This document shows positions 24,901 through 36,445 of a stretch of 64,000 nucleotides of DNA, piece by piece. The position numbers were made by a program, and so were the translations under genes. Numbering within the stretch: position 1 is the stretch's first letter; each line of letters starts with the position of its first letter. This DNA comes from Tubiluchus corallicola (taxonomy: Eukaryota; Animalia; Priapulida). Under the pieces are notes generated by a model that was given only the letters and a program-made list of their open reading frames with translations, was not told the origin of the DNA and made no database searches. Location of the stretch: assembly GCA_030141605.1 (NCBI GenBank), contig JAQGDQ010000204.1, positions 1 through 64,000 on the forward strand, written 5' to 3'.

Positions 24901-27900
24901 TTTCATTTTAGAACCACCAGAGACATCACCTACTTCGTGCAACTTTGATGTCCAAGGTGAAATATGTGGCTATGAAATCACTAGTGGAGATCGGTTAGCG
25001 TTGTCCTGGGAGCAATGGAGTCGCGACGTCAGATTGCCCTGCAAGTTTTCCCATACAGGAGGCGCTGCAGGTGGGATATAGAAACATATTTTATAGAACC
25101 GTTTTTAACAGCTCATTACTTTTTGTTAAAAACAGTTGCACTGCTTGTTTTTGTCGTTGTTCATGTTAGCAGTGTTTGACTATTCGTGCAGTTGCCGTCA
25201 TTGTATCCGTCGTTCTAATACAGTATAGTTTTCCAAAATTTTGATAACATTCATGAGCAGCGTGGGAAGTATAGGAGTCATTAGAATATTTTTATCTACT
25301 TTTTTCACAAATTATTTCAAGGAAACGATGTTGCATTTGGTTGGCGCTCGTCAGAGATAAGAATGCTTTATTTCGCCTAGATGGGACTTTTAAGAAGTTT
25401 GATATTTTAAAGAACGAGAGAGGATAAATTTGCGAGTTTTTCTGCCATATTCTAGAGATGGGCTTTTATAACCCTGCATTCCGTTTTTAGCTGCAATTTT
25501 ATCTTCTATTCATCGTCAATATAAGTCTGCTCACATATATATTATAAATAAATAAAAATAAAGATTTCTAACTGCAAGAGCAGATTGAATACAATTGTAA
25601 ATTGTACACATTAGAGTGACTCCATGTTTGTAAACTGTACACATTAGAGTCACTCCATGTTTGTTTTAAATCGTTAGGAGAGGATTGTAATTATAGATAA
25701 TCAGCCAGATAATAGATTAGAGATAATGAAACTGAAAACATTCCTTACTTTACTTTACTTGCCTATATAGTATGTCCTCATAGCCTATAAAATTATTTGT
25801 TTTTAAATATCTTTTATTTTTGTCATTGCATTTTAGGTTCGTTCATGTACGGTATGAGCTACCGACCACTAGTCACTCCAATGAACAGCAATCTGACATC
25901 ACTCGTCCATGAGACTGAATTGTACCAAAAAATGCCATGCAGTCTGAAATTCTGGTACAGTGCAGTTCTAGGCGGAAATCCGCTCATTGTGTACGCCGTC
26001 GATATTGAAACTGAAAGGCAAAAACTGCTTTGGTCAAGTACGAGCCATGCGGCGCCCTCGCAACATCAGTGGCTGTTAGGCGAAGTTGACTTTACCGCTC
26101 ATTTTGACTGGAATTTTAAAAACTTCAAGGTTTGTGTTTCTCTTTTAGCTTGAGTATAGAAGCCTCAAAATTACATTTCCTGTTATACTTTAATATACTT
26201 AATGAAACTGAACAATTTTTACACAGAATAAGAGAATACAGTGCAGCAAAGCATTATTTATTTGTTTATGTATGATCCACCCGTCAACTTTAGTGATTCT
26301 CACGCCAAAGATTCATCGATTTCTCGAGTCTATTCGTGTTCCAACAAATATTTTTGCAGTCCATCAATTTCTCAGCATGCTGGTCTCTCAACGTTTGGTC
26401 TTTTCATCCATTTATCTAAACAATTAATGCTTTTTTAACCACATTATTAACAAATAGCCCATAATCATAACCCCAGCGTAATTCTAAAGCACCATTAACC
26501 TTGAACAGTAACTCATGGACTAAAGAGATAATGTACCACTACACCGTCAAACCGAGAAGGCAAATGGTGCATACACCCCCGCAAGACCCCCAGCCCCAAT
26601 GAACGCGACAATGCACTAAATCTGTAGACTCACAATTGTGAAACGAAATAGCCGACGGAAAGCCCAAAGGGTCAAAAAGAGATTATAATACAGATTTAAT
26701 CCCGCCCATGTGCAAGAAAGATATTGATAGGTGTGTTGGTGTATCGGAATTAGAATTTCAAGAGTGAACTTGAAAAAATTATTAAAAAGATATAGTTCGT
26801 AACAGGAAAAAAATGGCTAATTAGTTGCCAAGTCTATTATTCATAAAAAGTGGCTTCTTAGTCGCTTCATGAGTTTCTTAAATTTTCTTTAATTTACACG
26901 TGTGTACCACATTCTGTGTTACCACAGATGAACGTTGTTGGTCAATTAGCTGCAAAGAGATTAAAAATCAAGTCAATGAGGAATTTACGAAGCACTCGAA
27001 AATTTACGAATTTTCAGCCTTGATTTTATTATAGCAATAATAAATCTTTATTTGAAAAAAGAAGTTATTTACCATCCTTCTATTTGTAATGAAGATTTTA
27101 ACAAAAACACTTTGTAACATTGTTTATTTCTTTAAACTTTTAAATGGATGAAGGCCTAAGGTTACGAAAAACAATTCACACAATTTTCATTAATTCACCA
27201 CACTTATAATTACACTTTACAATAATGTTTTTCCAAAACATAAACAAAAAGAAGACAGAATATTTAAGCAGACAAATATTTGCGACACTATTTATCGGCA
27301 TTCTAATAGTTTTTTACGATTATTTCCTTTACAATACTTATGAAATTTTACATTCATGAATGTTCCTTTCACTTTTCATCTCTCTCAGATTCAAAGATGG
27401 AATTCGGTTACGCAGTGACATCCTGTTATCTTTGTTTATCAAACTACAGCAAAAAATTAAATGTTCAGCAGTTTGTTCTTCTCTCTGGTCACAGCCATAT
27501 CTGCCATTGATGCTTTGATCTCTCTGATGATAAAAAAATCTAATTCCTCTACTTAAAAGTAAATTATTTGCCGTCATCTCAACGAGTCTTTTGCCTTTAT
27601 TCAATGGAAGTGCTTTATCTCAAGTGCTTTCATTGCAGTTGCCTTTCTCCTTGTAGCTGCGCTCGGTTCCTCAGTCTGTTTGACCATATCTTCAACCTGT
27701 ACGCTGTAATATAAGTATTGGAATAACGCATCATTTGCATGGGCACATCGCGTAATTTCAAGCTGCGGTTATTTGGTTCCCAAAATATTTTTAGATAGCG
27801 TTTGAAGTCATTTGCGTGCTTGGTCAGCATCATATTTGCATTTCTTCAGTTGAACTGTTGCTCTTCATTTTCAGCTAGTTTTCTCTTTAATAAATCTCTA

Positions 27901-30900
27901 TTGTTTTCGTTCCATAAGTTCAGCATAAGTTTAACTATATCACCTTTTAAAATTAAAATGTCCATTGGAGCTAATTCACACATTTGTTCTAATTTATCTC
28001 TAGCTGGATTCCAGCCTGTTCCACTAGCTGTCTTCATTACATCGTAGAGCAAATAATAGAAAAAGGTATGCTTCCTAAACAGCCACTTCAGAAGATGGGT
28101 AGCAGAACGACTTTGAATACATTAATTATAATTGGTAATCTTAACCCCGAATATCTTCTACAGTTTTTCTTGATGCATAACCATCTATGCCCTTCCTTTT
28201 TCCTTGTTCACTTAGATGCTTATTATTACAAAACTTCTGAACAATGGTTAGACCAAGAACTTTACTGTCAGGCGAATACTGGATTTCACTTCGTCAAAAT
28301 ACTAGATTTAGTGGGTGATTATCTTCGTCCCAAGCTCCAATAAGTAGTGCTTCTTATTAGTCTTATTATTCTTCTTATTATGCGTCTTACGAGGTTGTGT
28401 ATTTGTCATCAGTCGCCATTTCTGGCACTATATGTGTAGACTTTCACAACAACTCTGAGCAGTTTGCATACTTATATCAGTATTTTGACTCGATATGTGC
28501 AACGTACCGTCATTGGCGTATTTAAATTTCTGCACATATTCAGGCATTTGGTTAAATATGTCTGCTACAAAAAATATAAACAGCGTCGGGGACAAAGCCG
28601 AACCTTGTGGTAGCCCAAAATGACAACGATGTTCCTCAGATGTAAACTGTTGACTTTAATGAATATCCTTCTGTCTTTAAGGAAACTAGCAATGAGTTTG
28701 AGAATGTTGTCGTTTGCACTGTGAAGTTTGTACAACAAGCCATCAATCCATACCGTGTCGCACTCTTTAGCGAAATCACAGCATATCGTTATTCCGAAAT
28801 TATTATCGCAGATGTCTTCTTCTACATTTGCTACTAATCGCATAAGGTAGCCTATAGTATTTTTTGTTTGCACAGAAGCCCTATTGCACCTTATCAAAGA
28901 GGTTACCTGACAGATGTTGTTTCAATCTACAGGTAAAAAGACGTTCTACTAGTTTGCCAATATAAGACGAAATAGCAATAGGACGATAATTATTTGGGTT
29001 ACTGTAGTCTATTTTATCTGGTTTCTTCACAATTGTTACTTTGGCAACATTCCATGGCTATGTTTCATTTTCTAGAGCCAAATTTGTCATGTGGATAACC
29101 ACAAGTTTCCGAGTGACCGAAGTTTTTGTTCATGCGTGGATGTATGCCGTCATTATCTAACGATTTGCTGGTCGTTCGCAATACCCTAATGACGTCATCT
29201 AATTCTTGGAGCGTTGAATTAAGTATTTCGTTTTCATCTGACGAGTTTCATTTATTTCTCGTAGCCTATCATCAATATCCCTTTTAAAGTTATCATCAAA
29301 GGATTTATTTGATAAATGGTTACCCATTGAAGAACGACTTAGAAAGCAGCTCTGTTTTTTCTTCTTCTTTAACTACAAATTCGTTGTTGCATATCAGAAT
29401 TTCCAGTTTTGCTTTGTTTCGGATTTTACAAAAACACGTTTATAAATTTTGTCCAAATTAATAAGTAAGATGTTGTGAGTTAGCTTTTCAGTTTCTCTCC
29501 TTACCAACTGTTTGTCTCTTCGCTTAAAGCATCATCAAATTTTTTTGTGGTTTGTAGATAAAGTGCTTTGTTTTGAGGGGTTGAGTATCTCAGAAACTCT
29601 TTTTTACATTTTCTTATTCATTGTGACAATGTTGACAAATTTGCTGACCAAAACAGCTGGCTATGTTCACATAAGGTTTCCTTCTTAGATATACGTAATT
29701 TGTGTAAAGTAATAAACCTTTAAACCATCTCTATTCAATAGCAGAGCTATAAATTCATCATACTGTTACTCTATGGCTGCTTCTAGTCCCGCTGACTACC
29801 TAAGCGAATCAGCATTTTTTATATCAAAATAATACGACTCCTGGTTCAGGAACTTTTGTCTCTTTCTTAATATTAATTTCTGAGATCACCGTTATATGGG
29901 CCATCAAAGGTGCACCTGCAAATAATTCTACTTCATCGTCTACTCTCACGTAGTAGTGAACTAGTACTTGAACTTGAAGTAAACGTACAATTTGTTGGAA
30001 CTTACGTATCAATAAGAATAATTTCACTCCAAATAAGGTCATTTATTATGCGCCCATGAAGATTTGCATAAGTCGTGGTATTTTGAAACACTTTAGCAAC
30101 GTTTTTAATTGTATTTTGTGAGCTTGGGGGAACGTAGACGGAGGCAACTAAAAGACGCTGTCTTTCACCCTGGATCATTACCCATACTGCATCTAAATTT
30201 GGTTCTCCTAGAGCAGTTTTTCTGCATGCTTTAATGTCATTTCTGATATACAGAGCCACTTCACCTGATCTTGCACTGCCACTTTTAATGTACGTTGTAT
30301 AATTGCTTAAGTTTATGTCACCTCGGTTTGGTGTACTTATATCGATTTTGACCTCTTGTACAGCCACAACGTGACACGAGTTCTTATTTACATAGTAGTT
30401 CAGCCAAATATCTTACTGACAGATTATTTATGTTTATATGACAGGTTATGAATTTTTTCCCTTTTTAATTTTTTTGACGTTCTCTTTGTAAATTGAACAT
30501 TCTCTATCCCATGCAAAATGCGCCTCTTTACAGTTGACGCATTTTTTTAACTTTAGATGCACAAGTGTTTGTGGTGTGCGAGCCAGCACACTTGCCACAC
30601 TTTGCCACTTTTTTACACCATTTGGCTATGTGGCTATGCCTTGATTCTGATTTTATTATATTAACAACGTCTAACAATTTTCGGTGTAATAGCGCAGCTG
30701 GTTATTAGCTTTCCTCTTATTTGGAATTTGAGAGAATTTGTGTCCATATTTTCCCAGTAAATGTAGTACTTTTCTACACGTATTAAAGATGGTGCAGCTT
30801 TTTCTGGCTTACGTGGCTTAGCTGAGTTTTAACAGTTAATGTTTGACTATTTTGCACTACAGATCTTATTTGTAACAACGACAAACCAAAATCAAGCTTC

Positions 30901-33900
30901 AGTTGTTTGTATAGACGGCGTTAACTTACAGTTTGGAGAATGCCAACCGGAAATTCCTGGTAAATTATTTTCTGCATTTCACCCAATCAATATCATTATG
31001 AAATTTCGATTTACCATTATTTTATCATTAAGAAAATAAAAAATAACATCAATATTGTTTCTTGTATATTATATTACCACGATTGCTTTGCCGTCCATTT
31101 TTTCAAGACAATGTTCATAAGTTTATCGAAGTAATATCACATACCTATCAATACATATATATTTGAATCTATATTTACAAATCTTTTTATTATTATTTTA
31201 GAACCTAGCGTCTCGCCTATTCCGTGCAACTTCGAGTACGGTGTCTGTGATTACACTGTAACGGATATCGGCGGGACACCGTGGACAAGGAATGAGATAT
31301 TTACTGCCACCCCGCAAAACCCACTTGGTAGTGATGCTGATGGTGAAAAATATGGTAAATTGAATAGTAGTAATAATTATCTTTAAGTAACGATAGGATT
31401 TTAAAAATTTAATCAAGGCAAATATACGAAGAAAAAGTATAATGTGAGAGGTGATAGGATGCAGGACATAAAGCAAGGTCAGATAAATTTGGACAAGATT
31501 TCGCAAGAGTACGACTATGATGACTTGTGAAGAGAGAGATGAGGTAAGATAAAGCAACGTTGGGGTGGGGAGAGAACTCTTGGCAGAAAGCTATAATTGG
31601 AAACGCCGTTTAGGTTTATATATCCGAGAAAAGTGACTAAGAATGTATCGATAACAGTGGAATCCAACATACGGTCTCCTGTTGTTGTAATGATCTAACT
31701 TCTGAAATAATTTGCATATGGTACTGCAGTTACCCGTGGACTGGTACCAGGGTTTGTTGCCTTAACTCTCTTGGCATATTGCGAAACCATATTGTCCTAC
31801 AGTCCCTTGCTCATCAAAGCTCAGTGTTGCTATATGTACAGACAGTTTGTTTGTAGACTTACTCTAGACATTTTTGATGTAGAACAACTGTACATAAATG
31901 CGTTTTTCATCGGGCTTTTTATCTGCGTAATTCTAGAAAATTGTTTCTCTGAAAACTACAACCTTATTTAAGAAGAATATAGCCGGTGAAATGATACACT
32001 AGCGAAATGCTATACTGATGAAGTGTAATATTATTTAAATACTTAGGCCTACTGTACTAATCGCAGGGACAATGATAGACTGGCGAAATATGCACTGTCG
32101 ATACGATTCACTGGTGATACGTAACACTGGGGAAGTGGTTGATTACCTTCCATGCAACAGCACCAAAATTTATAATGAATGAAGAGACTTGTATTGAATA
32201 CGACAAACAATACGTACATTATGCGTTAAATGAGAGACGAGGCAAAATTAGTTTCCTGCTTTGTGTCGGGAAGAAGGAACTATTTTCCGGTCATTTTCAA
32301 AAGCCTTGGGTCTGTATTTCGAGAAAAATGTCCTGTAATTTGATATAGCTCGCCTAAAAGTATTAGCACGTTTGTTGTGAAATAACCAATAATTATATAA
32401 GGTTATTCTGATTATAACTAAAGAATCAATTATCAATGATTGGTGATTAACCAATGACTTTCTATGTTTCGACAACGTAAGGATTGTTTTAGATGGCTTC
32501 ATTTGACAGCAAGAAAAATTGACTTACGCTGGCATAAAAATTCTAGTCAATATATATATATAGTAGAAAACTGCATTTTATACTACCTTTGTTCTTGCAG
32601 GACATTACATGTTTGTTGGCGGGAATCAGTACGGTACATTTAAAACAGAATTAATCTCTCCTGAGCATTCAGCAGAATATGAAGCTGATAAACTGACATA
32701 CTGGTATTATACAAGTGAAGACAACCCCATTAATCTAACAGTCGAGGTTAGATTTTCCCAGGGAACAAAAGAAGAAGTTGTTTTGCTCTCTGATGAGCCT
32801 GAACATTTTGACAAAACAGTAACATGGCAACACCAGACATTTGATTTGACACCCACAAATGGAAGAGATTTTTCAGTAAGCTCAAAAACTATAAAACTAT
32901 AAATAATTATTTTGCAAAACATGAGCAAATATCATGTAATGACTATAATGATTACTTTTTTTTATAAATTCTTAGCAGATGGAAAGTTCTTTTCAGCATC
33001 TAAGGAATTGTACCGGAAAAAAATCACATAGCTAATCGAGAAATCTTTTCAGTTTGTTTTTATAGCAGCAACATCTGGTCCAATTTCCAACAAATACATC
33101 GGAATTGATAAAATTGACGTAACGTTAAAAGGTAAGTTTCTATCGAACGCATATTTTGGGACATAACGCAATCTAAATTATAGGCCTAATTGTAACAGTA
33201 GTGGTTGCAGGAGTTAATTTAATTATTAAAAACTACATGGTAATGTACTTGTTAACTCATATGGTAGTTTAAGATCGTATTTTTCAGCAAAACACTTCCT
33301 TTTTGCCTTACATTGTCTCACTTTGAAGCATTCTCGGAGTATCAATATTTTTTACAGTTGTAGTCTAGATTTACTACAATATTTGTTGAAATTTCTATAC
33401 GTTTTTAAGCAAGCAAAAATAAAAAATCTGAACCACTAACTCTAGCTATTAAATCTAACCACTAATGCTAATTCAGTTATCTCAAACTAGGCTTATATCT
33501 GGTAGCGCAGAAAAAAATATCCCGACGTTTAGACTACAAATAATTAAAAGCAAGTAGCTTACTAAGCTGAAATTTCGTGGTGAGATATTACAGTACATTT
33601 GATTTTGACTTGACTGCGAACGTTACAACTTCTTAACTTTAGCAGTTTTGAAGTTATGGCCGAAAAGCTTTTGCATGTTCAAAAATTAAGTGCCGGAATA
33701 ATGACAGCTAATCATAAATTGAAAAACATCCATGCTGACAATAAATGAAGCACTCAGTACATGGCAGCAAAACAACAGAAGTCAACCACATGTTCTAGTT
33801 TATAGCAAGATCTTCATCACAGAAAATAAAGCATTGGCAAATATTTGTTGTCAAGAAAAAATGCGAATTAATCTTATGGACTACGATATCTGGAATTCCC

Positions 33901-36445
33901 TTAAAGTGTATGAACGGCCATTTGGTTCAGACGAACTAAAGTAAATTTTTTATATTTTTAACGCACCGCCAAAGCATGTCTGGTAACTAGATAATAGGCT
34001 AAAAACTTAATTAACGGCAGACGAGCGCAACTGGTGATGACATCACAACTTAACATAATTTTCAACAGCACAAACATTTCATGAGTGTGTTGCACGTGTT
34101 TGCAAAAGTGAAAATTGAAAAACAGTGCTAATGTACAACATTCAGTGTGATACACAAAAACTCGGCAAATTTTAAACTTAAAATTCAATTTTCAAGTTTA
34201 CCGCTGTTCTCACACATGAGCTTTAGAACGTGTGCACTACGTCACAAGTGAACACCTATCGACTGCAACTGTGAGCGAAGACGATTTGTAACAGGTCTTT
34301 GGTCTAAACTTCACCGTTAAAATACTGGGATCGTTAATTGTTTGTTCGTGCAAGTGCGGATGATGTGATCAAAATTTTCGGTTGGTTTGTTCTCTCTTCC
34401 CACGTGTAAGTCACATGATTGCACTTGGTAGGCAAAGCAATTGGTGACTCGGAACAAACGCATCGAATTTACTGCGAATTAGTACAATAGTCTTTTACTA
34501 CGATGTTAACCTTAGAATCATTTAGATAATACTCATTATTGTCATAATACTCATTAAGGCTACAGGAGTTACTTATATTGTGTAATCGATTGGAAATGTG
34601 TAATTATACTATTGGCGTCACGGAGGTTTGGGTTCTTGCGTTTGCGTAGCCTCCAAACTGGTCCAAGAAGTGAATTTAGCTGTGAATATGACGGCTGCAA
34701 AAGTAAGTTCAGTAGAACCACCGTAAAATCGACTGAGAGGTACAGCACCTGGTTTTTGTACAAAGTGTTTCCGAGATGCACGCGCTCATGCCCATCTGAC
34801 TAGCGGATAGCGAAATGCATGTAATGGCAAAGAACTAGCTGCGCGAACGTGAAATGACTATTCTGTGGTAATAATTCTTTCACTAAATCATTCTTGAAAA
34901 AAATCGTATATATCCTCTCAATTTTTATAGGGTAGATTGTTTTGAATTACAGTTTAAGATGCGTTCCGGTTTTCCTTTAAGGAAGTGAGAAACTGTATTA
35001 GCTGTATTGAAAGAAACGTCTTCCTGTAATTTGCATTGAATATGGTGGACACACTGAGATCTTGATGTAAATTTTAGCAATAGCGACATACAAATTTTTC
35101 CCTACATTAATTTTTTGATTTGTAGATTTAAAACTTCTGTATCTTAGGCAAAGTCTAAGGAAGTGACATAAAAATTTTTGGAGCTTATACAGAAGCATTT
35201 GCAGCACCAGTGCTATAATTTTCAAGAAATTCTGGCATTTTATTTATATAATTTCAAAATATAAACTTGGGCACGTTTTTTGCGTCACATTATATATTTT
35301 TATTATTTTCTTATAAATATGAAAGCTAGTAAGTAGCTAGATGTTTCACAAATAAACTCGTAAGTAAATATAGGTAAAATATAGGTGCATGTAATTAGTA
35401 GATGTATATTTATCATAATCGCTTCGTCTATTTTACAAAAACATTGTCAAGTGAAATACTTTGCAGTTTTTCTTCAAATGTGAAACAATTGCAAACAACA
35501 CGGTAAGAGAATTATTTGTTATTCTCAGAGGATTGGTCGGTTATAATCGAATGTGGTCGCAACTCGAAGACTGCTGTATTTGAAATGAGACTTTGAAGCT
35601 CTAAGACTATGAGACCAACTACAATAGGGGCCTTCTCTACTGCGTTTAGTATTTTGAATGCAGCAAAAAGTAAAATTACTTTATAAATTAGGAAATCTTT
35701 TTATTCGTAATATACTCGGTGGTAAGTTAAAAAAAATTCGAGATGTTCGATCTAATGATTAAGTTATGATGTCTCCGGCTTCGTTTGAAATTGTTAAAAT
35801 TCGCAGTTTTTACTGTGATCTTTCACATTAGGAATTTCCTCTGTACCTTATTAGTGAATTATGCATATAATATTAAGTATAAAATGCTACACACATCTCC
35901 CATTTTTGTGTTATATAGGCGAACGATCTTCGACTGCAGAACCTACATCAGAACCAACTGAAGAACCTTCAACAAAAGCTCCCACTGAAGAGGTAACAGA
36001 GAATACCGAAGGTACTACTGAAGCAACATCAACTGATGAGTCAATAGAGGAGTCCACAACAGTTACTAGAAAGACAACAGAAGAGGTGACGGCAGAGCAA
36101 ACGGAAGCAGTTACTGTGACGGCAGAACAAACGGAGACGATTACTCCCGAAGTGTCTACTGAAGACGAAACTGGCACCGAACCTCCAGATGATGGGCCTA
36201 ATGGGGGACTCATTGCTGGCTTGATCATAGCTGGTATTGTCATAGTTGTCGCAGTTGGTATCTTAGTAGTAAAAATGCAAAAAACGCCAGAAGACATGGC
36301 ACAAATCCTCGATCCTGAGATAAACAGGCCTTCCTCGTGGTCGGAAGACGTGCAAGAATTCCCAAACAGTGAGTTTGGTTCTGTTAATGACACTGTGAGT
36401 CCGCCATTCGTAGAATCTGCTGATGATGAAGACCATACATTCTGA
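12088..36445 (+). CDS. Type I membrane protein: signal peptide, 6 MAM domains, Thr/Glu-rich mucin-like stalk, TM helix, acidic tail; 24 exons, about 1266 aa
   Basis: 24 exons (listed individually) sum to 3801 nt with consistent phases. Each domain shows SP-x-x-C(D/N)F..C.Y...W, G.YM.V, L.F/YW(Y), W....DL and (L/I/V)D.(V/I), as expected for MAM. Confidence 0.9.
12700..13012. mobile_element. Helentron/DINE-1-like non-autonomous element end with (AAAC)n microsatellite (12884-12978)
   Basis: The microsatellite is certain. It is followed by ...CATAACTTTCTTGGCACAGAC, resembling the short 3' stem-loop end of such elements; the family call is inference. Confidence 0.45.
13898..14035 (+). CDS. MAM gene exon 2 (MAM1a: SPIDCDFASNICDGY)
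   Basis: tttag acceptor, gtgcgt donor, phase 1-1. Confidence 0.85.
14597..14883 (+). CDS. MAM gene exon 3 (MAM1b: GNYMHV...LTFWH...DWKKEDVNL)
   Basis: tgtag acceptor, gttggt donor. Confidence 0.88.
15076..15151 (+). CDS. MAM gene exon 4 (MAM1c: ISFLVF...ICLDAVKV)
   Basis: tttag acceptor, gtaagt donor. Confidence 0.85.
15274..15324. other. Perfect 20-bp inverted repeat with an 11-nt loop (intronic hairpin)
   Basis: TAGAACTGCTTAACTTTATT (15274-15293) and AATAAAGTTAAGCAGTTCTA (15305-15324). Confidence 0.9.
15572..15604 (+). CDS. MAM gene exon 5, 33-nt linker micro-exon (TNYTGVEPPEQ)
   Basis: ttcag acceptor, gtaggt donor, phase 1-1. Confidence 0.7.
16143..16286 (+). CDS. MAM gene exon 6 (MAM2a: SPVTCDFDLGHPCEY)
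   Basis: cacag acceptor, gtaatt donor. Confidence 0.88.
16965..17230 (+). CDS. MAM gene exon 7 (MAM2b: GKYMYVRGR...CYLHFWY...EWREASIDL)
   Basis: tacag acceptor, gtgcta donor. Confidence 0.9.
17463..17550 (+). CDS. MAM gene exon 8 (MAM2c: ISFRA...MALDSIEL)
   Basis: tatag acceptor, gtgagt donor. Confidence 0.85.
17938..17973 (+). CDS. MAM gene exon 9, 36-nt linker micro-exon (CEYVTPTPEPTE)
   Basis: tatag acceptor, gtaaga donor. Confidence 0.8.
18340..18483 (+). CDS. MAM gene exon 10 (MAM3a: SPIDCDFNTQGDICDY)
   Basis: ttcag acceptor, gtagta donor. Confidence 0.88.
18950..19098 (+). CDS. MAM gene exon 11 (MAM3b1: GAHMHA...CNLTFWW)
   Basis: ttcag acceptor, gtgaag donor (alternative in-frame donor at 19104). 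Confidence 0.8.
19529..19654 (+). CDS. MAM gene exon 12 (MAM3b2: VHAI...ILWSS...QWKQETIDI)
   Basis: gctag acceptor, gtaagg donor. Confidence 0.85.
19889..19991 (+). CDS. MAM gene exon 13 (MAM3c: ILFKA...VCVDEVKV)
   Basis: tatag acceptor, gtaagc donor. Confidence 0.85.
20870..21205 (-). mobile_element. 3' fragment of a CR1/L2-type LINE ORF2
   Basis: LLDNIQLSAARICTGA...LLFEAGLDPISKR...FYKIVNQLAPHY resembles the region C-terminal to the RT domain in CR1/L2-group LINEs. Confidence 0.7.
21245..21967. mobile_element. Helentron/DINE-1 (pearl/Tsp)-like element: about three degenerate ~130-bp tandem units, then (CAA)n, then a short GC-rich end
   Basis: Units carry (A)AGATGGCGG/AAAATGGCGG and GTTCTAGTA...GAAGTTT; (CAA)n at 21870-21929; ends GGCACCCTCGGCCAAAAA. 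Confidence 0.55.
21301..21417. mobile_element. Small MITE carrying (TTAGGG)n, nested in the tandem-unit element
   Basis: 16/17-bp inverted repeat at 21312-21328 and 21395-21411; TAA on both flanks (21298-21300, 21418-21420). Confidence 0.55.
22492..22632 (+). CDS. MAM gene exon 14 (MAM4a: SPIDCNFDASQCEY)
   Basis: AAG acceptor, gtaaaa donor. Confidence 0.85.
22977..23263 (+). CDS. MAM gene exon 15 (MAM4b: GRYMYVRGR...CVLSFWY)
   Basis: tatag acceptor, gtaaaa donor. Confidence 0.9.
23686..23773 (+). CDS. MAM gene exon 16 (MAM4c: VLFKA...VGLDDVQL)
   Basis: tatag acceptor, gtaaat donor. Confidence 0.85.
24436..24471 (+). CDS. MAM gene exon 17, 36-nt linker micro-exon (CTYVTEPPVVTQ)
   Basis: tgtag acceptor, gtacgt donor; paralogous to exon 9. 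Confidence 0.8.
24912..25070 (+). CDS. MAM gene exon 18 (MAM5a: SPTSCNFDVQGEICGY)
   Basis: tttag acceptor, gtggga donor. Confidence 0.88.
25837..26129 (+). CDS. MAM gene exon 19 (MAM5b: GSFMY...CSLKFWY...LLWSS)
   Basis: tttag acceptor, gtttgt donor. Confidence 0.9.
27030..30760 (-). mobile_element. Decayed near-full-length LINE (I/Jockey-group-like) antisense in MAM intron 19
   Basis: On the minus strand: ORF1 zinc knuckles (CGKCAGSHTTNTC, CVNCKEAHFAWDREC) at about 30480-30640; APE endonuclease (VAVQE, GEVALYIR, VASVYVPP) 30002-30450; RT remnants (YRPIAISS, CDFAKECDTVWIDGLLYKL) 28500-29200; C-terminal Cys/His motif (EQTAEHLIFCC) near 27450; many stops and frameshifts; boundaries approximate. 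Confidence 0.85.
30863..30959 (+). CDS. MAM gene exon 20 (MAM5c: ILFV...VCIDGVNL)
   Basis: tacag acceptor, gtaaat donor. Confidence 0.85.
31202..31354 (+). CDS. MAM gene exon 21 (MAM6a: SPIPCNFEYGVCDY)
   Basis: tttag acceptor, gtaaat donor. Confidence 0.88.
32601..32875 (+). CDS. MAM gene exon 22 (MAM6b: GHYMFV...LISP...LTYWY)
   Basis: tgcag acceptor, gtaagc donor. Confidence 0.9.
33053..33131 (+). CDS. MAM gene exon 23 (MAM6c: FVFIA...IGIDKIDV)
   Basis: ttcag acceptor, gtaagt donor. Confidence 0.85.
35919..36445 (+). CDS. MAM gene terminal exon: Thr/Glu-rich stalk, TM helix, cytoplasmic tail
   Basis: tatag acceptor, phase 1; GLIAGLIIAGIVIVVAVGILVV followed by KMQK; TGA at 36443-36445. 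Confidence 0.9.

Noticed and set aside
27145-27172. GGATGAAGGCCTAAGGTTACGAAA as another hammerhead (similar weak motif near 38045-38075)
   Set aside because: Core and stems are too degenerate to support.
34569-34850. GC-richer patch with short ORFs in the last MAM intron as an extra exon
   Set aside because: No MAM or LDLa pattern and no suitable phase-1 splice pair; probably a repeat fragment.
36431-36445. C-terminal DHTF as a class I PDZ-binding motif
   Set aside because: Position -2 is His, not Ser/Thr.
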